The translations under genes and the position numbers were made by a program. A stretch of DNA of 63,839 bases, filler included, from Aduncisulcus paluster (Eukaryota), in NCBI GenBank assembly GCA_024181965.1. It is 9 parts of 9 records of this genome, joined end to end, with 100 filler letters (N's around TTAATTAATTAA, not from the genome) between each part and the next. Parts side by side here need not be neighbours in the genome. Positions count along the whole stretch, not along the records: positions 22,554 to 30,772 come from BQXS01010053.1; positions 30,873 to 41,304 come from BQXS01010054.1; 7 more parts are not named here. One strand, written 5' to 3'. Positions 23,781 to 35,700 of the stretch are shown in pieces. Position 1 is the stretch's first letter, and the number at the start of each line of letters is the position of its first letter. A model generated the notes under the pieces. The model ran no database searches and was not told the origin of the DNA. It saw nothing but the letters and a program-made list of their open reading frames with translations.

Positions 23781-25805
23781 TTACACGTCAACAGTGTTAT
23801 TCCAAAGTCTGTCTCCCCATTGTGTACAAGATAATTTGGATTCACATTGAAGATCGTTCCAATGCTCAAGACCCCACCTATCATAGTTATCAAAAGCACC
23901 TGGTCTTTCTCCAAAGAAGAATATGGGTTGATCCTCATGGGTGGGACTGAATTCACCGTGCATTTGAATTGTATTATATTTATAATCAGCGTCAGTGGCT
24001 GGGTTGGAGAAGTCGGTAACACTAGCGTACTTGGCATCCATGGCACCAAATCCAATAGCATCTGTGCTTCCAGAGAGAAGAGTATCATAATCAGTAGGCA
24101 TCCTGAGATCATAACGGGAGGCAATGGCACTTCCAGAGGTTGGAACGAGATCGTGGCCATTTCCATCGGGGTTAATGTTGAGGGGATCAGTGGCTGTTAA
24201 ATAGAGATCGTCAGTATTGGTGGAATCCCATTTGTTGAGCCTCATGAGCTGGAAGAAATCATCTCCAGTAATGGCAGTGGGGTCAACATCAGTCTGGTTG
24301 GACTGCACTTCAGAGATCCAGTTTCTTAAAATACGATGGCGAGGGTTATTGTACCAGTCGTCTATAATATCGTAGTTAGAAGGGTTGGTGGGGTCAGTCC
24401 TCTGAGCAATGCCCAAGAGCTCACGGATGCTCTGGTCATATGGAGTGTTAAAACTGGGCCAATAACCATGGGTAACGAGCCACTCCCACATATCGTTGGT
24501 CTTGATGCCATCAGGACCAGGGGCTTGTTCAACAATGGTGAAAACACCCTTGTTAGCATCGAGGGTGAAGTCTGTCTTCTGTGCTGTGGTGAGTTGAGTC
24601 CAAGCATTGAACTTTTCAATGTCGATGATGGCATATTGGTTGTTGTATGAACCAGAATTGTGTAAAGAGAAGGCAGTGGCCCATTCTGTTCCACTAGAGG
24701 CAACTCTGTTGGCAAGAGCACAACGAACCCAAGTAAGAAGAGTGTCTGGGACAATTAGACGAAGAAGGGAGTTGTCATAGATATCATGGGTGGTCTCAAT
24801 GATACCAAGACCGCTGGAAAGCCCGTACCAATCATCAAAACTAAACACGAAACCAGGATAGGAAGAAAGACGTTGGATACGACCAGGAGTATTGGTAGAG
24901 AAGTCATATTCGAAGTATCTAGCAACACGAGTCATACAAACAAGACCGAACCAAGCGGCTTGGCCGAAGTAAATGTTTGTAGCGCTGGTGAAATCATTAA
25001 GGTTATCCAAAAGGAAAATACCAGAGCAATGATCACGCTCAAGGTTGTATTCTCTGTTCTCAATAACATTGTGGTCATTGGGGTTCCAAAGACTGGTGAG
25101 ATCAGGGTTAACAGCGTTGAGAAGATCAAGAAGATCTCCCATGGCTTCGTAAGCCCACATATCTTGTTCGTTCAAAGGTTGAGGAGGATAATCGCCTGAA
25201 TACTTACCAGCGTTTTCACGGACACCAGCATTGTAACCATCAACAATACCATCAAATTGGAAAAGAAGGATCTGCAAATGACGGTAGAATTTGTATTCGA
25301 CGGAAGTCTCATCAGCGGGAAGAGTACGGGCTATTTTGCGTGTATAGTAGAGATTTTGATTTAACCACTCGTAAGCAGCATTGCTCCATCCATCACCACC
25401 ATTGTAATGACGCTGCATAAAATTATTGGCATTATGGTTGTGGTTCCAGATATCAGAATGGAACAAGTAGGCATCAAGATATCCAGCAGCATAAGCCTGA
25501 CGATTATCACAATCTTCAACGCTATCGGAAGCCAGACAACCTTCTTTGAAGGTACGGATAGACATATCATAGGCACCAGATTCAACGAAGGAAGATCCAG
25601 TGTCTGAAGAACCCAAAAATTGGGCAACAACGATTCCACTGCAATAATCTTGGTCACATTGTTCAACAAGGATGTCACCATTGGCGTTGAAAGAGGCCTG
25701 GTAATATCCATCAGAAAAAGGGTTAACGTTTGTTCTGGTGGAGGAATCCCCGGCAAAAACTAATGCTACTAAGCAAAATAAGGCAAAAAAGTAGGCAAGT
25801 TTCAT
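23781..25805 (-). CDS. Phospholipase B-like (PLBD/lamina ancestor) Ntn-hydrolase, secreted or lysosomal
   Basis: Signal peptide; AYAAGYLD, DHCSG (catalytic Cys), SSYPG..SFDDWY, NSGSYNNQY, YWPSFNTPY, AIASRYDL and GAMDAK motifs; strong C/T-ending codon bias. Confidence 0.9.
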   Translation of the reverse strand: MKLAYFFALFCLVALVFAGDSSTRTNVNPFSDGYYQASFNANGDILVEQCDQDYCSGIVVAQFLGSSDTGSSFVESGAYDMSIRTFKEGCLASDSVEDCDNRQAYAAGYLDAYLFHSDIWNHNHNANNFMQRHYNGGDGWSNAAYEWLNQNLYYTRKIARTLPADETSVEYKFYRHLQILLFQFDGIVDGYNAGVRENAGKYSGDYPPQPLNEQDMWAYEAMGDLLDLLNAVNPDLTSLWNPNDHNVIENREYNLERDHCSGIFLLDNLNDFTSATNIYFGQAAWFGLVCMTRVARYFEYDFSTNTPGRIQRLSSYPGFVFSFDDWYGLSSGLGIIETTHDIYDNSLLRLIVPDTLLTWVRCALANRVASSGTEWATAFSLHNSGSYNNQYAIIDIEKFNAWTQLTTAQKTDFTLDANKGVFTIVEQAPGPDGIKTNDMWEWLVTHGYWPSFNTPYDQSIRELLGIAQRTDPTNPSNYDIIDDWYNNPRHRILRNWISEVQSNQTDVDPTAITGDDFFQLMRLNKWDSTNTDDLYLTATDPLNINPDGNGHDLVPTSGSAIASRYDLRMPTDYDTLLSGSTDAIGFGAMDAKYASVTDFSNPATDADYKYNTIQMHGEFSPTHEDQPIFFFGERPGAFDNYDRWGLEHWNDLQCESKLSCTQWGDRLWNNTVDV

Positions 25806-26388
25806 CTGAAGGTGTCAAAAAGACCACGGCAGAAAGCGAGAAAGAAATAGAATTTCGAACTATTTTTATGAGGCTTTCTCCAGAGCATATCCAGGTAAAA
25901 TATTATAATTTTCATAATTAGCTTTATATTTATTCTTTGTGATTTCCTTCTTCACAGTTGTTTTCATCCATTCCAAGAGAACTTTCTCATCATGGGAAAA
26001 ATGTTTTTTGAATTGTTCTAAAATGCGAAAAATGGAACAAAAAGCAGAAAGAAATAGAAAATTTAAAAGAAGAGGAATTTTTTGAAAATAGGGGATTTTC
26101 CGAATAAGGCCCCTATTTCGAAATAAATTATATAATTTCAAATTGTCAGATTCGGCGAATCTGTAAGGTCAATTTGCTGATATTGAAGATTTTATTAATT
26201 AAAAAAGAATAAAATTGGATTGTAGTGCATTTGAATTGTCATACTATCTATAATAAACCGAGGAGATCATCTCAGATGCAGGCTGCATGATGCATATTCC
26301 TAAATCTCTGCAAATTGACAAATACCACATGAATAAACGTTTAAAAATGAATTCTTAAATTTTTTTCTAACTTGAATAAGAGTCAAAC

Positions 26389-28833
26389 TCAGTCAAGCCA
26401 TTCGGACGAATCCGGCAGAGTTGACCTTCTTTTGCTTAACTCTGTCAAACCATCCATTAAATTTCCTGTTCTTGGCATCTTAAGTTGTTCTCTACCTCTC
26501 CTTCTCTTTCTTGATTTCATTAACATATCTTCTATTCCAATATCGACATCTCCAACCATCCTTCCATCTCTCTCTTGTTCTTCAGTCACTTTTGTACTCA
26601 AACGATGTCTCCTCTCTCTTCTCCTCTCTTCTTTCTCTTTCTTCTTCACCCTCGTCCTCTGCTTACCTGTCATCCTGTCCATCTCTCTCTTTTTCCTTTG
26701 ACGCTCGGCATTGGCTATTATGGAACCATCCAATTTCCCAAACAAGGCGTCTAACTCATCGATATCATCATAACCTTTCAGATACCCACTTCCAGAAGAG
26801 GAAGAGGAAGAAGAGGAAGAAGAGGAAGAAGAGGAAGAAGAGGATTGTTTAATTGATCTTGAAGCCCTGGAAGATTTGAGTTGCCTTCTCCTCTCCTCTT
26901 CCTCTTCAACAAGTAAATTAACATTGACTCCCTCAAAATACTCACCACCACACTGTGCAACACTGACCCTTTCTTTTACAAGCGTTGTAGGAGGTTCTTT
27001 TAATCCACAACTCTTAGCCAGATGTCCAGTATGGATCGTCTTCATGTTAAATATATGTTTTAAACACCTTTCATGAACATTGTAAGCTCTTTGGGTCGTC
27101 TGGAAAGAACGAATGGCAAGATTACGCAGCGTAGGAGACGATTGAATCGAGGCTTCAATGGAATCTTGAATATTGTGAACTTTGTCAATCATATCTTTTC
27201 CCTTTAAAACGGGGTAAAGCGAAGGATTGGACTCAATAGGTGCTAACCAATCCTTGAAATGCTCAAAATTTATGTCAACTTTATGTTGACGTAAGATGGA
27301 AGCGAATTCTTCCTCCTTTCTTGTGTGTAAAAAAATAACAGCGTTTCCATCTTTTCCAGCTCTTGCACTACGACCGACTCGATGAACGTACACACATCTT
27401 TCTGAAGGTGTGTCAAACTGAATGACATGAGAAACTCGGGGGAAATCAACTCCTCGAGCAGCTACATCAGTAACAAAACAGACAAAACCTGAGGAAAACT
27501 TCGACAGACGAGGTTTGACACGTGATGAGGCGGAAGAAGAGGAAGAAGATTGTTTAATTTGAGACTCTTCATCCTTCTCATCTCCTTTCTTCCTCTGACG
27601 CTCTTTCTCTTTCTCTTTCTCTTTTTCTTTCTCTTTCTCTTCATCTTCTTCTTTCTCTTCACGTTCTTCTATCTTCCGGCGTTCTTCACTGCCCTTAAGG
27701 TATTCATAGACAGCTCTTCTCCGATTCTGAGTCATTTCTCCATGTAACGACAACAAAGGGATCGGAATAAGGGGTCTAGAAATAGAAGAGGAAGTAGGAA
27801 GCAGGAGAGAGGAGAGAAGAACACGAAGGAATACAACAGTGTCTTTACAATTACAAAATACGAGAACACGAGCACGGATCCTTGTAAGATGTGCCAACAT
27901 GATGGCCAAATAAGCTATCCTATGTTTCAAAGGAACATTGGAATATTTCTGAGTTAAAGTAGAGGGTAATTCAAAGTCATTCGTCTCAGTGTATGAATCT
28001 GTATGAGTGTATTTCACTTCAGCAACATCGGTTGGTGATGAAGATGAAGATGAAGAAGATGAAGATGAAGAGGAACGATGTTTTTGATCTATCATGATAT
28101 ATTTGATAGGTGTTTTGATGAGATTCTTTGCAAATGCAGCCACCCGATTGGATACTGTGGCAGAAGCAAGAATCATTTGGACCATTCTTGAACGTTTTGT
28201 TGCTGCGGCCGAAATGGATTTCTGCTGCTTAGATTCAACTTCTTCATCCGATTCAGAGAAAGAATCATCGGATTTTTGGGTCTTGGATTTCTCATTGCTT
28301 TCTTTCTTAGCTTTAAATATATTCTGGGCGATATCAAGGACATTCTTATGAAAACCCATATCAAGCATCCTGTCTGCTTCATCAATAATGAGAAATTGAA
28401 TGGATTTCAATGAGAAAGCAGCGGTAGATCGAATGTGATCCTCGAGACGACCAGGTGTGGCAACCAAAATAGAAATACCTTTACGAAGACGGGCCTTTTC
28501 CTTCTTTCTGTTTGTTCCACCAACAAGGGACCCACATACAAGGAATGGAAAACGTCTAAGAGCTCTGTTACACTCTTCTTCGATCTGTAAAACTAACTCT
28601 TTCGTTGGGGCAAGGATTAAAACCAAAGTACCATCTGTACGAGAAGGTTTAGGTTTCATATTAACTATACACTGGATAGTTGGCAAAACATACGCAAGAG
28701 TCTTGCCAGAACCAGTTTCACTCTGACAAATACAATTATGACCATCAATTATGGGGAGAAAGAGCTCTTTTTGAATTTCAGTTGGGGATTTGAACCCCAA
28801 CCTTCCAATCATTTCTTCTAGATTGTGGTCCAT
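26389..28833 (-). CDS. DBP7: DEAD-box RNA helicase DDX31/DBP7 family
   Basis: PTEIQ, SETGSGKT, PTKEL, GG...KKEKARLRKG..ILVATPGRL.DH (DBP7-typical), DEAD, SAT, ARGVD and HRVGRSAR motifs; C-terminal 'HTGHLAKS'. First ATG at 28833. Confidence 0.88.
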   Translation of the reverse strand: MDHNLEEMIGRLGFKSPTEIQKELFLPIIDGHNCICQSETGSGKTLAYVLPTIQCIVNMKPKPSRTDGTLVLILAPTKELVLQIEEECNRALRRFPFLVCGSLVGGTNRKKEKARLRKGISILVATPGRLEDHIRSTAAFSLKSIQFLIIDEADRMLDMGFHKNVLDIAQNIFKAKKESNEKSKTQKSDDSFSESDEEVESKQQKSISAAATKRSRMVQMILASATVSNRVAAFAKNLIKTPIKYIMIDQKHRSSSSSSSSSSSSSPTDVAEVKYTHTDSYTETNDFELPSTLTQKYSNVPLKHRIAYLAIMLAHLTRIRARVLVFCNCKDTVVFLRVLLSSLLLPTSSSISRPLIPIPLLSLHGEMTQNRRRAVYEYLKGSEERRKIEEREEKEEDEEKEKEKEKEKEKERQRKKGDEKDEESQIKQSSSSSSASSRVKPRLSKFSSGFVCFVTDVAARGVDFPRVSHVIQFDTPSERCVYVHRVGRSARAGKDGNAVIFLHTRKEEEFASILRQHKVDINFEHFKDWLAPIESNPSLYPVLKGKDMIDKVHNIQDSIEASIQSSPTLRNLAIRSFQTTQRAYNVHERCLKHIFNMKTIHTGHLAKSCGLKEPPTTLVKERVSVAQCGGEYFEGVNVNLLVEEEEERRRQLKSSRASRSIKQSSSSSSSSSSSSSSSSSGSGYLKGYDDIDELDALFGKLDGSIIANAERQRKKREMDRMTGKQRTRVKKKEKEERRRERRHRLSTKVTEEQERDGRMVGDVDIGIEDMLMKSRKRRRGREQLKMPRTGNLMDGLTELSKRRSTLPDSSEWLD

Positions 28834-29287
28834 TGCTCTCCAATATTGATTGAAATTTAGTTGGACAATAAAATTTGAATTAGAATTCAAATCGTAATAA
28901 TAGAATTATTTCCTGAATTATATGCCATTTTATTAAAAATATTCCCAAATATCATTATGAAAACTTTTGTATTTCTCTGGATAATTCTTCAAAATCATTT
29001 TTTCCTGCTTTAGAAGATATAATAGACTTGCTGATCATCATATCTTTTATTAAACGCACATTAAGACATCTATAATTGTTATCATCCTCCAGTACTTACA
29101 ATATTGTGCTCTGCATATTGCAATCCCGGTGACTCACCGGGAATCGGATTTCCGGATTAGATCTAACCTGGGCCAGGTTGCTCGATATTCAAAGAGAATA
29201 GCTAGAATTTGAATGTAACTGCAAGCAGAAGATAGGGAGAAGTTATTGTTTATTGTTCTTCACACGTATTAATAAATTAGATGATAC

Positions 29288-29710
29288 TTACTCCTTCTTT
29301 CCTTTGCCGAATTTCTTTCTGGCATGTTTCTCAGCCTTCTTGGCAACCTTGGCTCCCTCCTGAACGGCCTTGTCAATGTGATGCTCGTTCTTAACGAGGA
29401 AGGGTTCAATGGCCTTGGTGTAGATCTTTTCAGCCAAGTTGAGCTTGGGAATCTGAAGCATAATCAAGAAAACGAGACGGGAGACTTGGTAAACGAAGGA
29501 GTTGGTGGAGATGACGAAGTTGATCAAGAACTCAGCGATCCTGATGAAACCGTAGACAATCCAGAACATCAAGCACTGGATATCATCGTCACCACCGGGG
29601 GTACGGATAGCCTTGAAAGACATGTAGGTGGGCAAGATAAGAGCGATGACGTTTGTGAAAGTGTCCATCCACTCAATCATGAAAGCTTTAATAGCAGAAA
29701 CTTCAACCAT
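29288..29710 (-). CDS. REEP/DP1/Yop1 (HVA22 family) ER-shaping protein
   Basis: PTYMSFKAIRTP..DDDIQCLMFWIVYG...AEKIY..AIEPFLVKNEHHID matches the TB2/DP1/HVA22 consensus. Confidence 0.9.
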   Translation of the reverse strand: MVEVSAIKAFMIEWMDTFTNVIALILPTYMSFKAIRTPGGDDDIQCLMFWIVYGFIRIAEFLINFVISTNSFVYQVSRLVFLIMLQIPKLNLAEKIYTKAIEPFLVKNEHHIDKAVQEGAKVAKKAEKHARKKFGKGKKE

Positions 29711-30215
29711 TTCTAAAGGGCCAAAGGAGGGAAATAAGCAAGAAATATTGATAAAGGCACGAGATTTAAAACAAATAAAGAAACATACAAAATATATTCA
29801 ACTTGTGACGAGAAAAAAAGAAATGTCATTTCAGTTTTGAGGTTCGTCATAAAATAATTCCAGATAATTGCGTATTAAGGATATTTTTGCATGAAAATGC
29901 TAAATTTTGTTTTTTATTTTCAATATCCTGATGTTAATTGTAATTCTGGATTCGGAGTGGAATAACCTCATGATATATCAAAAATAAGGGAATGATTTGC
30001 ATTAAATTTCACGGAAATATTTTTCTTTTGAATTAGAATACCCGATTTATTTCAAAATTTTGCCCGGGCTGAGACTGACTCAGTCAGACGGGAGGCTCTC
30101 GCTGGCAGCGATAAATGAGGAAGAAAATTTCTCCAATACAATCCTATTTATTATTAATATACATGATATATACCTTATTGAATTTATTTGAGTCAGATCC
30201 CTTCTGATCTCTTCA

Positions 30216-30772
30216 TTATTCCTTGTCAGGATAATCAACATCTGCCTCAAGATCGACCACATTATCTGATCTATATCTAGGCTCACCGGGATACATAGAA
30301 GCACTCTCATGCACAAATCGTGTGATACCAGTTGGTGGCCTCTGAGCTCTCTTGGCGTTTCCAACAAGATTCAAATGAGGAATAAACCATTGCTGAGAAT
30401 CATCATCCCATTGAGCCCTGGATTTGATCAGACCAGTAATCTCAGGTGGAATAAATGAGTCAATGATGAGTGCACGAAGTTTCAATTGTTGAGATAGGAT
30501 AGTGTATTCTTCAAGCAATATATCTTTCTCGCTTTGGAACTCCTCTTGAAGATCCTTCATCTGGGCTTGGGAGGCCTCATATTTAGTCCACAACTTTCTC
30601 AGTTTTCTATTCTTGCTTTCTAACTCTTCTTGTAAGGTTGCAAACTCTTCTTTCACAAGGAAAGCTTCTTCTTCTTTCTCTTTTATCTTTCCTTTCAACT
30701 TCCTAGCTGCCAATTCCTTGTCACGGAGCTCGTTCTCCAATTTTCTTGCTTCGGCTTCTTTCTTCCTTGCTT
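30216..30772 (-). CDS. Kinesin-2 (KIF3-type) stalk/tail fragment, 5' end lost at linker
   Basis: LQEELESKNRKLRKLW...DLQEEFQ.EK..L....LSQQLKLRALIIDSFIPPE...AQWDD...W matches the KIF3A/B C-terminal stalk. Confidence 0.8.
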
Positions 30773-30872
30773 NNNNNNNNNNNNNNNNNNNNNNNNNNNN
30801 NNNNNNNNNNNNNNNNTTAATTAATTAANNNNNNNNNNNNNNNNNNNNNNNNNNNNNNNNNNNNNNNNNNNN

Positions 30873-32003
30873 AGGTAGATATTTCTTATGCAACTTCTTC
30901 CTTTGTCCCTTTTTGGAGATATGATTTGTTTTTGAGAAGAGAGAGGAAGAAGAGGTGTTGGGGACAATTCTAATAATAGATTGGGGCTTCACGGGAGATT
31001 CTTGAGAAGATCCAAGGGAATGTAACCCAAGAGAAGCTCTCTCAAGTTGTTTCTCACATAAATGATCAACGGACTCACGCAGACGCCTTCGATATGATTC
31101 TGTAAGAATTGGAGTCGGCGTCGGAGCCGATGCACCCAAAACTGGGATTTTATCGGGATATCTTGCTTTCGAACTTCGGGACAATCGATATTCTTTCCGT
31201 TTAGCCGGATTTCTATCATTATGAATCTGAAGTTTGGTGGAATAAGACATATGATGTCTCATTGGTGGAGTTGCAGGGAGGAATCCAATGGGAACTTGCA
31301 TATAACATAATAATCGACATAAAGGTATCCTAGTAGCCTTCGGTTGCACAATAGCTTGCGATTTATGCGGTAAAAGTGTCTGATTCTCAGGAATTGGGAG
31401 GGTATAATGTGAGGATATTGAACCACAAAGGCAAGAAGACGAAGAAGGGGATACAGGAGAAAGAACTTCTCCTTCTTCTTCTTTTTTTCCTTCTTTTAGT
31501 TTCCTGTTTGTGATAGGAAACGAAGTACGGTATTGCTTAGGCTTTTCATCGGTCAATTCATCATCGATTTCCTCATCTTTGAGGCCAGATGATGCAAGAT
31601 CATGGTTAATGTGAGTAAAAGAGCTGGAAGAAGATGAAGATAATAACATGTGAATGTCTTGATCATCAGGATCATCAAATTCACCTTTGTTTGAAGAATC
31701 GAAAAGTTTTTTTGGAGAAATCAAAGTTTTCTCCTTTTGACAATCTTCGCCAAAACTCCAAAGCTGATCGTTCTTATCATAATCCTTTTCTTTAATGATA
31801 TCTCCCAAAAACGGGGATTTTATGTGGTAAGAAGAGTCAGATATCGGGGAAATATTGATAGCAGCAGGAGCTTCAGGAGGAGGTGTATGAAGTAATATCT
31901 TTTTGTTATTTGAGTCTTGAGTGCTTGAAGAATCGGAAATGAGAGGAGACATATGTTGTAAACTCGTATGATGATCAATTTTAATTGGGAATTCACAGAA
32001 CAT
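30873..32003 (-). CDS. Uncharacterised Ser/Pro-rich protein, 3'-truncated
   Basis: Open frame of about 375 codons running into the linker; no recognised domain. Confidence 0.55.
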
Positions 32004-32705
32004 GAGATTGTAGGATTTATAGCTCAATTGACAAAGTTAAGTGTGGAAATAATATAATACAATATGAATATACAATATATTCGATAAATAAAAACAAAAT
32101 GGAGCACGTATCACAAAAATCAGCATTGAGAACCTTGTCATATTTTAAAGATAAAATCATCACATTCAAATATGACATGATCTAGTCGATAATGTCACAA
32201 ACTCAACGGATAAATTTGTAAAAAAACAATAAAATACGCATTTAAAACAATCAAAGATTAAAATCTGGATAAATGATTGCACATTTCCACAATGAGATAG
32301 AATCGGCATCTAAATTTGATAAAAACACTAGCTAGAGATTAAATCCCATTGTTATATGAAAGTATATGTCCTAATTCTAATGTAATTGATACATTAATAA
32401 TCATTATTTAACCAAAAATGAACAAAAAAAATGAAATCTTTCTACTGTGTCAGAATAAAGGTAATATCTCCACCAACCATCTGGATTTCAATTCATTTAA
32501 TCTTTTCATGGGATTTAGGGTTGAAAGACAAATTTATTCAGAAAGAATAATCATAAAAAATAATGAAAATTTTCTGCACGCAATAAATAAAAAACTTGTT
32601 GAATAATCGGTCAACTATTCAATATTTATGCTTTTAATATGTTCGAAAATGGATAATTTTAATAAGATTGGCGAAAATCATATTCCAATGGTATCCAAGA
32701 ATGTC

Positions 32706-35700
32706 TCACTTTGACCACCTTTCTGCGAAATGTTTCCTTTTGTTCCGTAATTTATCGACAACATCTTCTCTCATTGTCACCTTTTGACAGAGATTCTCAC
32801 AGCTGAAATCTGAGGAACTTCCCATGATTTTTGAGTATAAATCAACATGTTCTAGTGTGGTTGATGCTAATTTCTCGACGGCTTCTTGAAGCATGTCAAG
32901 CCACGGGTTCCCCCTCTCTGATTTCAGTGCATCATGAATGGAGAATCTTATGGATGCTAACCGTTGATCAGTAAAAGATTGAATTGTCACATATATACGC
33001 TGGATTAGATTCTGGTAGAATAAACTTAAGGGGATTAAAGAATCTAAATCATCAATAACGTTAGCATACATGTGAGAGCAGACTCTATTGATAATACTGA
33101 AAACATCACAAACACAAAGACATGAGAACACAAACCCATGTATTGAGTGGATGAATGAAATAACTCCGTTAATGACCTCAATCACTTCCTTGATACATTG
33201 AGTAACATCAAGACGATCAATGCCAACTCGCACACTGCCCCATACACACACGGAGACTATCAACGTATGAAGACTGCGGAGAGAGGATACAAGGGAAAGA
33301 TCGGCAAGATCAGACATGCATTTGCATACGGCTTTGAGATCATCAACGAAAGGAAGAGGTAGAGGAGAAGTTGATAGAGGAATCGAGGAAGAAGACACAG
33401 AGCTTATAGAGGAGAGTGTTGATGAAGACAAGGAATGTTTGTGTGATTTAGAGTGGCTTCGAGAGGAAGTACGGGAAGTTCCATCCCCCATGGGATTTGA
33501 ATGGAGCGAGGAACTAAGACCGAATCCATACAGTGTATTCTTGAATATCCCTCCAATTAAACTCATTGAGGCTATTCTTAGTCTGTATTCCTGCTCGGTT
33601 TCACCCACTTTCTTGATCCACACCGATGGTTTCTTCACTCCATCCTGTGCAGATGGTGGAGAGAGATGAGATGCAGGGTCCGCAGAAGTTGCACCATAAT
33701 CGAATCCATCTGCCACATCGTGGGACTTATCTGAATGCCACTCTTCTTCCCAAGCAGATGCACTATCACTGAATCCAATGTCACTGGCAGAAGTCACAGG
33801 CATTCCACCTTGGCCGACAACTCCTTGGCACAAAGATAAAGAGGAACATACATGGGAGCATACACTTCGGAGAGTGGCAAATGAGCAGGCTGATGTAACA
33901 ATCGAGTGTGAGAGAGACAAGAACGAGAGGGTGGAAGATTTCGAAGTGGAAGAGAAGGAAGAGGAGGAGGATGGCATGGATAGGGTTGTGAAAGAGGACA
34001 CCCGACCCAAAGCCATGGAAGATTGGGACTTATGAAGACCTTGAGGNNNNNNNNNNNNNNNNNNNNTAATCGAATCCATCTGCCACATCGTGGGACTTAT
34101 CTGAATGCCACTCTTCTTCCCAAGCAGATGCACTATCACTGAATCCAATGTCACTGGCAGAAGTCACAGGCATTCCACCTTGGCCGACAACTCCTTGGCA
34201 CAAAGATAAAGAGGAACATACATGGGAGCATACACTTCGGAGAGTGGCAAATGAGCAGGCTGATGTAACAATCGAGTGTGAGAGAGACAAGAACGAGAGG
34301 GTGGAAGATTTCGAAGTGGAAGAGAAGGAAGAGGAGGAGGATGGCATGGATAGGGTTGTGAAAGAGGACACCTGACCCAAAGCCATGGAAGATTGGGACT
34401 TATGAAGACCTTGAGGTGATGAAGGGAAAGTGTGTCCACCTAGTTTTGGGGTCAATCCAAGAGATGGAGTCATCTCCGAGGATCTTGTCATACCAATAGT
34501 TCTCTCAAAACACTCTTTGATCTCAGAAGCAACTTCCTCTTCGACTTCCTCCCTTCCCCAACGCTTGACTATTTCTGGCAATGCCCTGAGAATCTTTTTC
34601 CTGATGCTAATCTCTTCACCGATACATATACAAAGTAAAGAGAAGAGAGGGTGAGTCCTGATGGTGAAGACAGCGTCGCTTTCGGAGGCTGAGAGCTTAA
34701 TACAACCGAGAGAATCTATTGGAGAACCCTCACGTCCGGAATCTATTATAACCTTCTTTCCAATGTTCTTAATGACGGCTCTGGAGATATGGCCAACAAC
34801 ATTAGTCAGGAAGATAGAACTCCTTGGTGCTGCTCGTAGCATGTACGTAATCTCATCTAGACACTCATTTATGTCCTCGACGAATGCGTGCAAGCCAAGG
34901 AAGAAAGGAGAGTCTGGGGAAGCCCTTGTGCATCTTCTGAGGATGTGAGTGTCATGTTTGAGTGCATGTTCCACTCTTTCTGAACATACAGAAGAGATGT
35001 TTGTCCAGAGACGACATATAAGCTGGCTGCATGTTTGAATGAAAGGTTCGAACATAACATGAGTGGGACAGAGCAAAAAGAACATGGAGCAAGTGGCACG
35101 CACGAAAGCGGCAATATCATCAAGACAGAGAAGTATATTGATTGGTGTGTGGGCTACGATACCGATCTGAGACAACGTGAGGAGAGAGGAAGAAAGAGAG
35201 TGGGTTAGAGGGTTTGTAAATGCGGTGATTGATGAGGATTTGTCTGCGGAAGAGGCAAGAATGGATGATGAAAGAATAGACTGAGTCAAGTCAGCGGTTG
35301 ATAGAGATAGGATGGAAGAGGATTCATCACATTTGGCACTGCTCTGAGTCCCAATTCCAGAACCAGCAATACTGGGTGTTTGAGACACTTTTGCTCTTTT
35401 CCCTTCTTCGCTGTTCAGCTGTCCACAACAAAACTTAAGCACCTGGAGGAGAGGCTGAGTCACATTCGACCAGAGGGAAGCGAGGTATGATTCGTCGTCA
35501 TAGTCGGTCGAGTTCTTGATATACTGATAAGAAGGTATTATATTCTTTGCACCTTTTGCCAGACTTTCTTCATAGGCCTGTTTCATGCGTAAGTCCTCAT
35601 AATATCCGAATGTGCATACATGTAGAGTATGGAGAGAGTGATATAACAATACTCTGAACATTGAACAGAACAAAGGAGCAGATAGATGCAAGGCAGAGGA

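Noticed and set aside
29090-29215. U1 snRNA (TACTTAC upstream of the hairpins)
   Set aside because: No recognisable U1-70K or U1A loop sequences and no convincing Sm site.
29324-29716. Antisense ORFs over REEP, RPL23 and PLB
   Set aside because: Expected shadow frames of codon-biased genes.
30061-30130. tRNA-Sec (starts GCCCGG)
   Set aside because: No T-loop, UCA anticodon arm or acceptor-stem complement.
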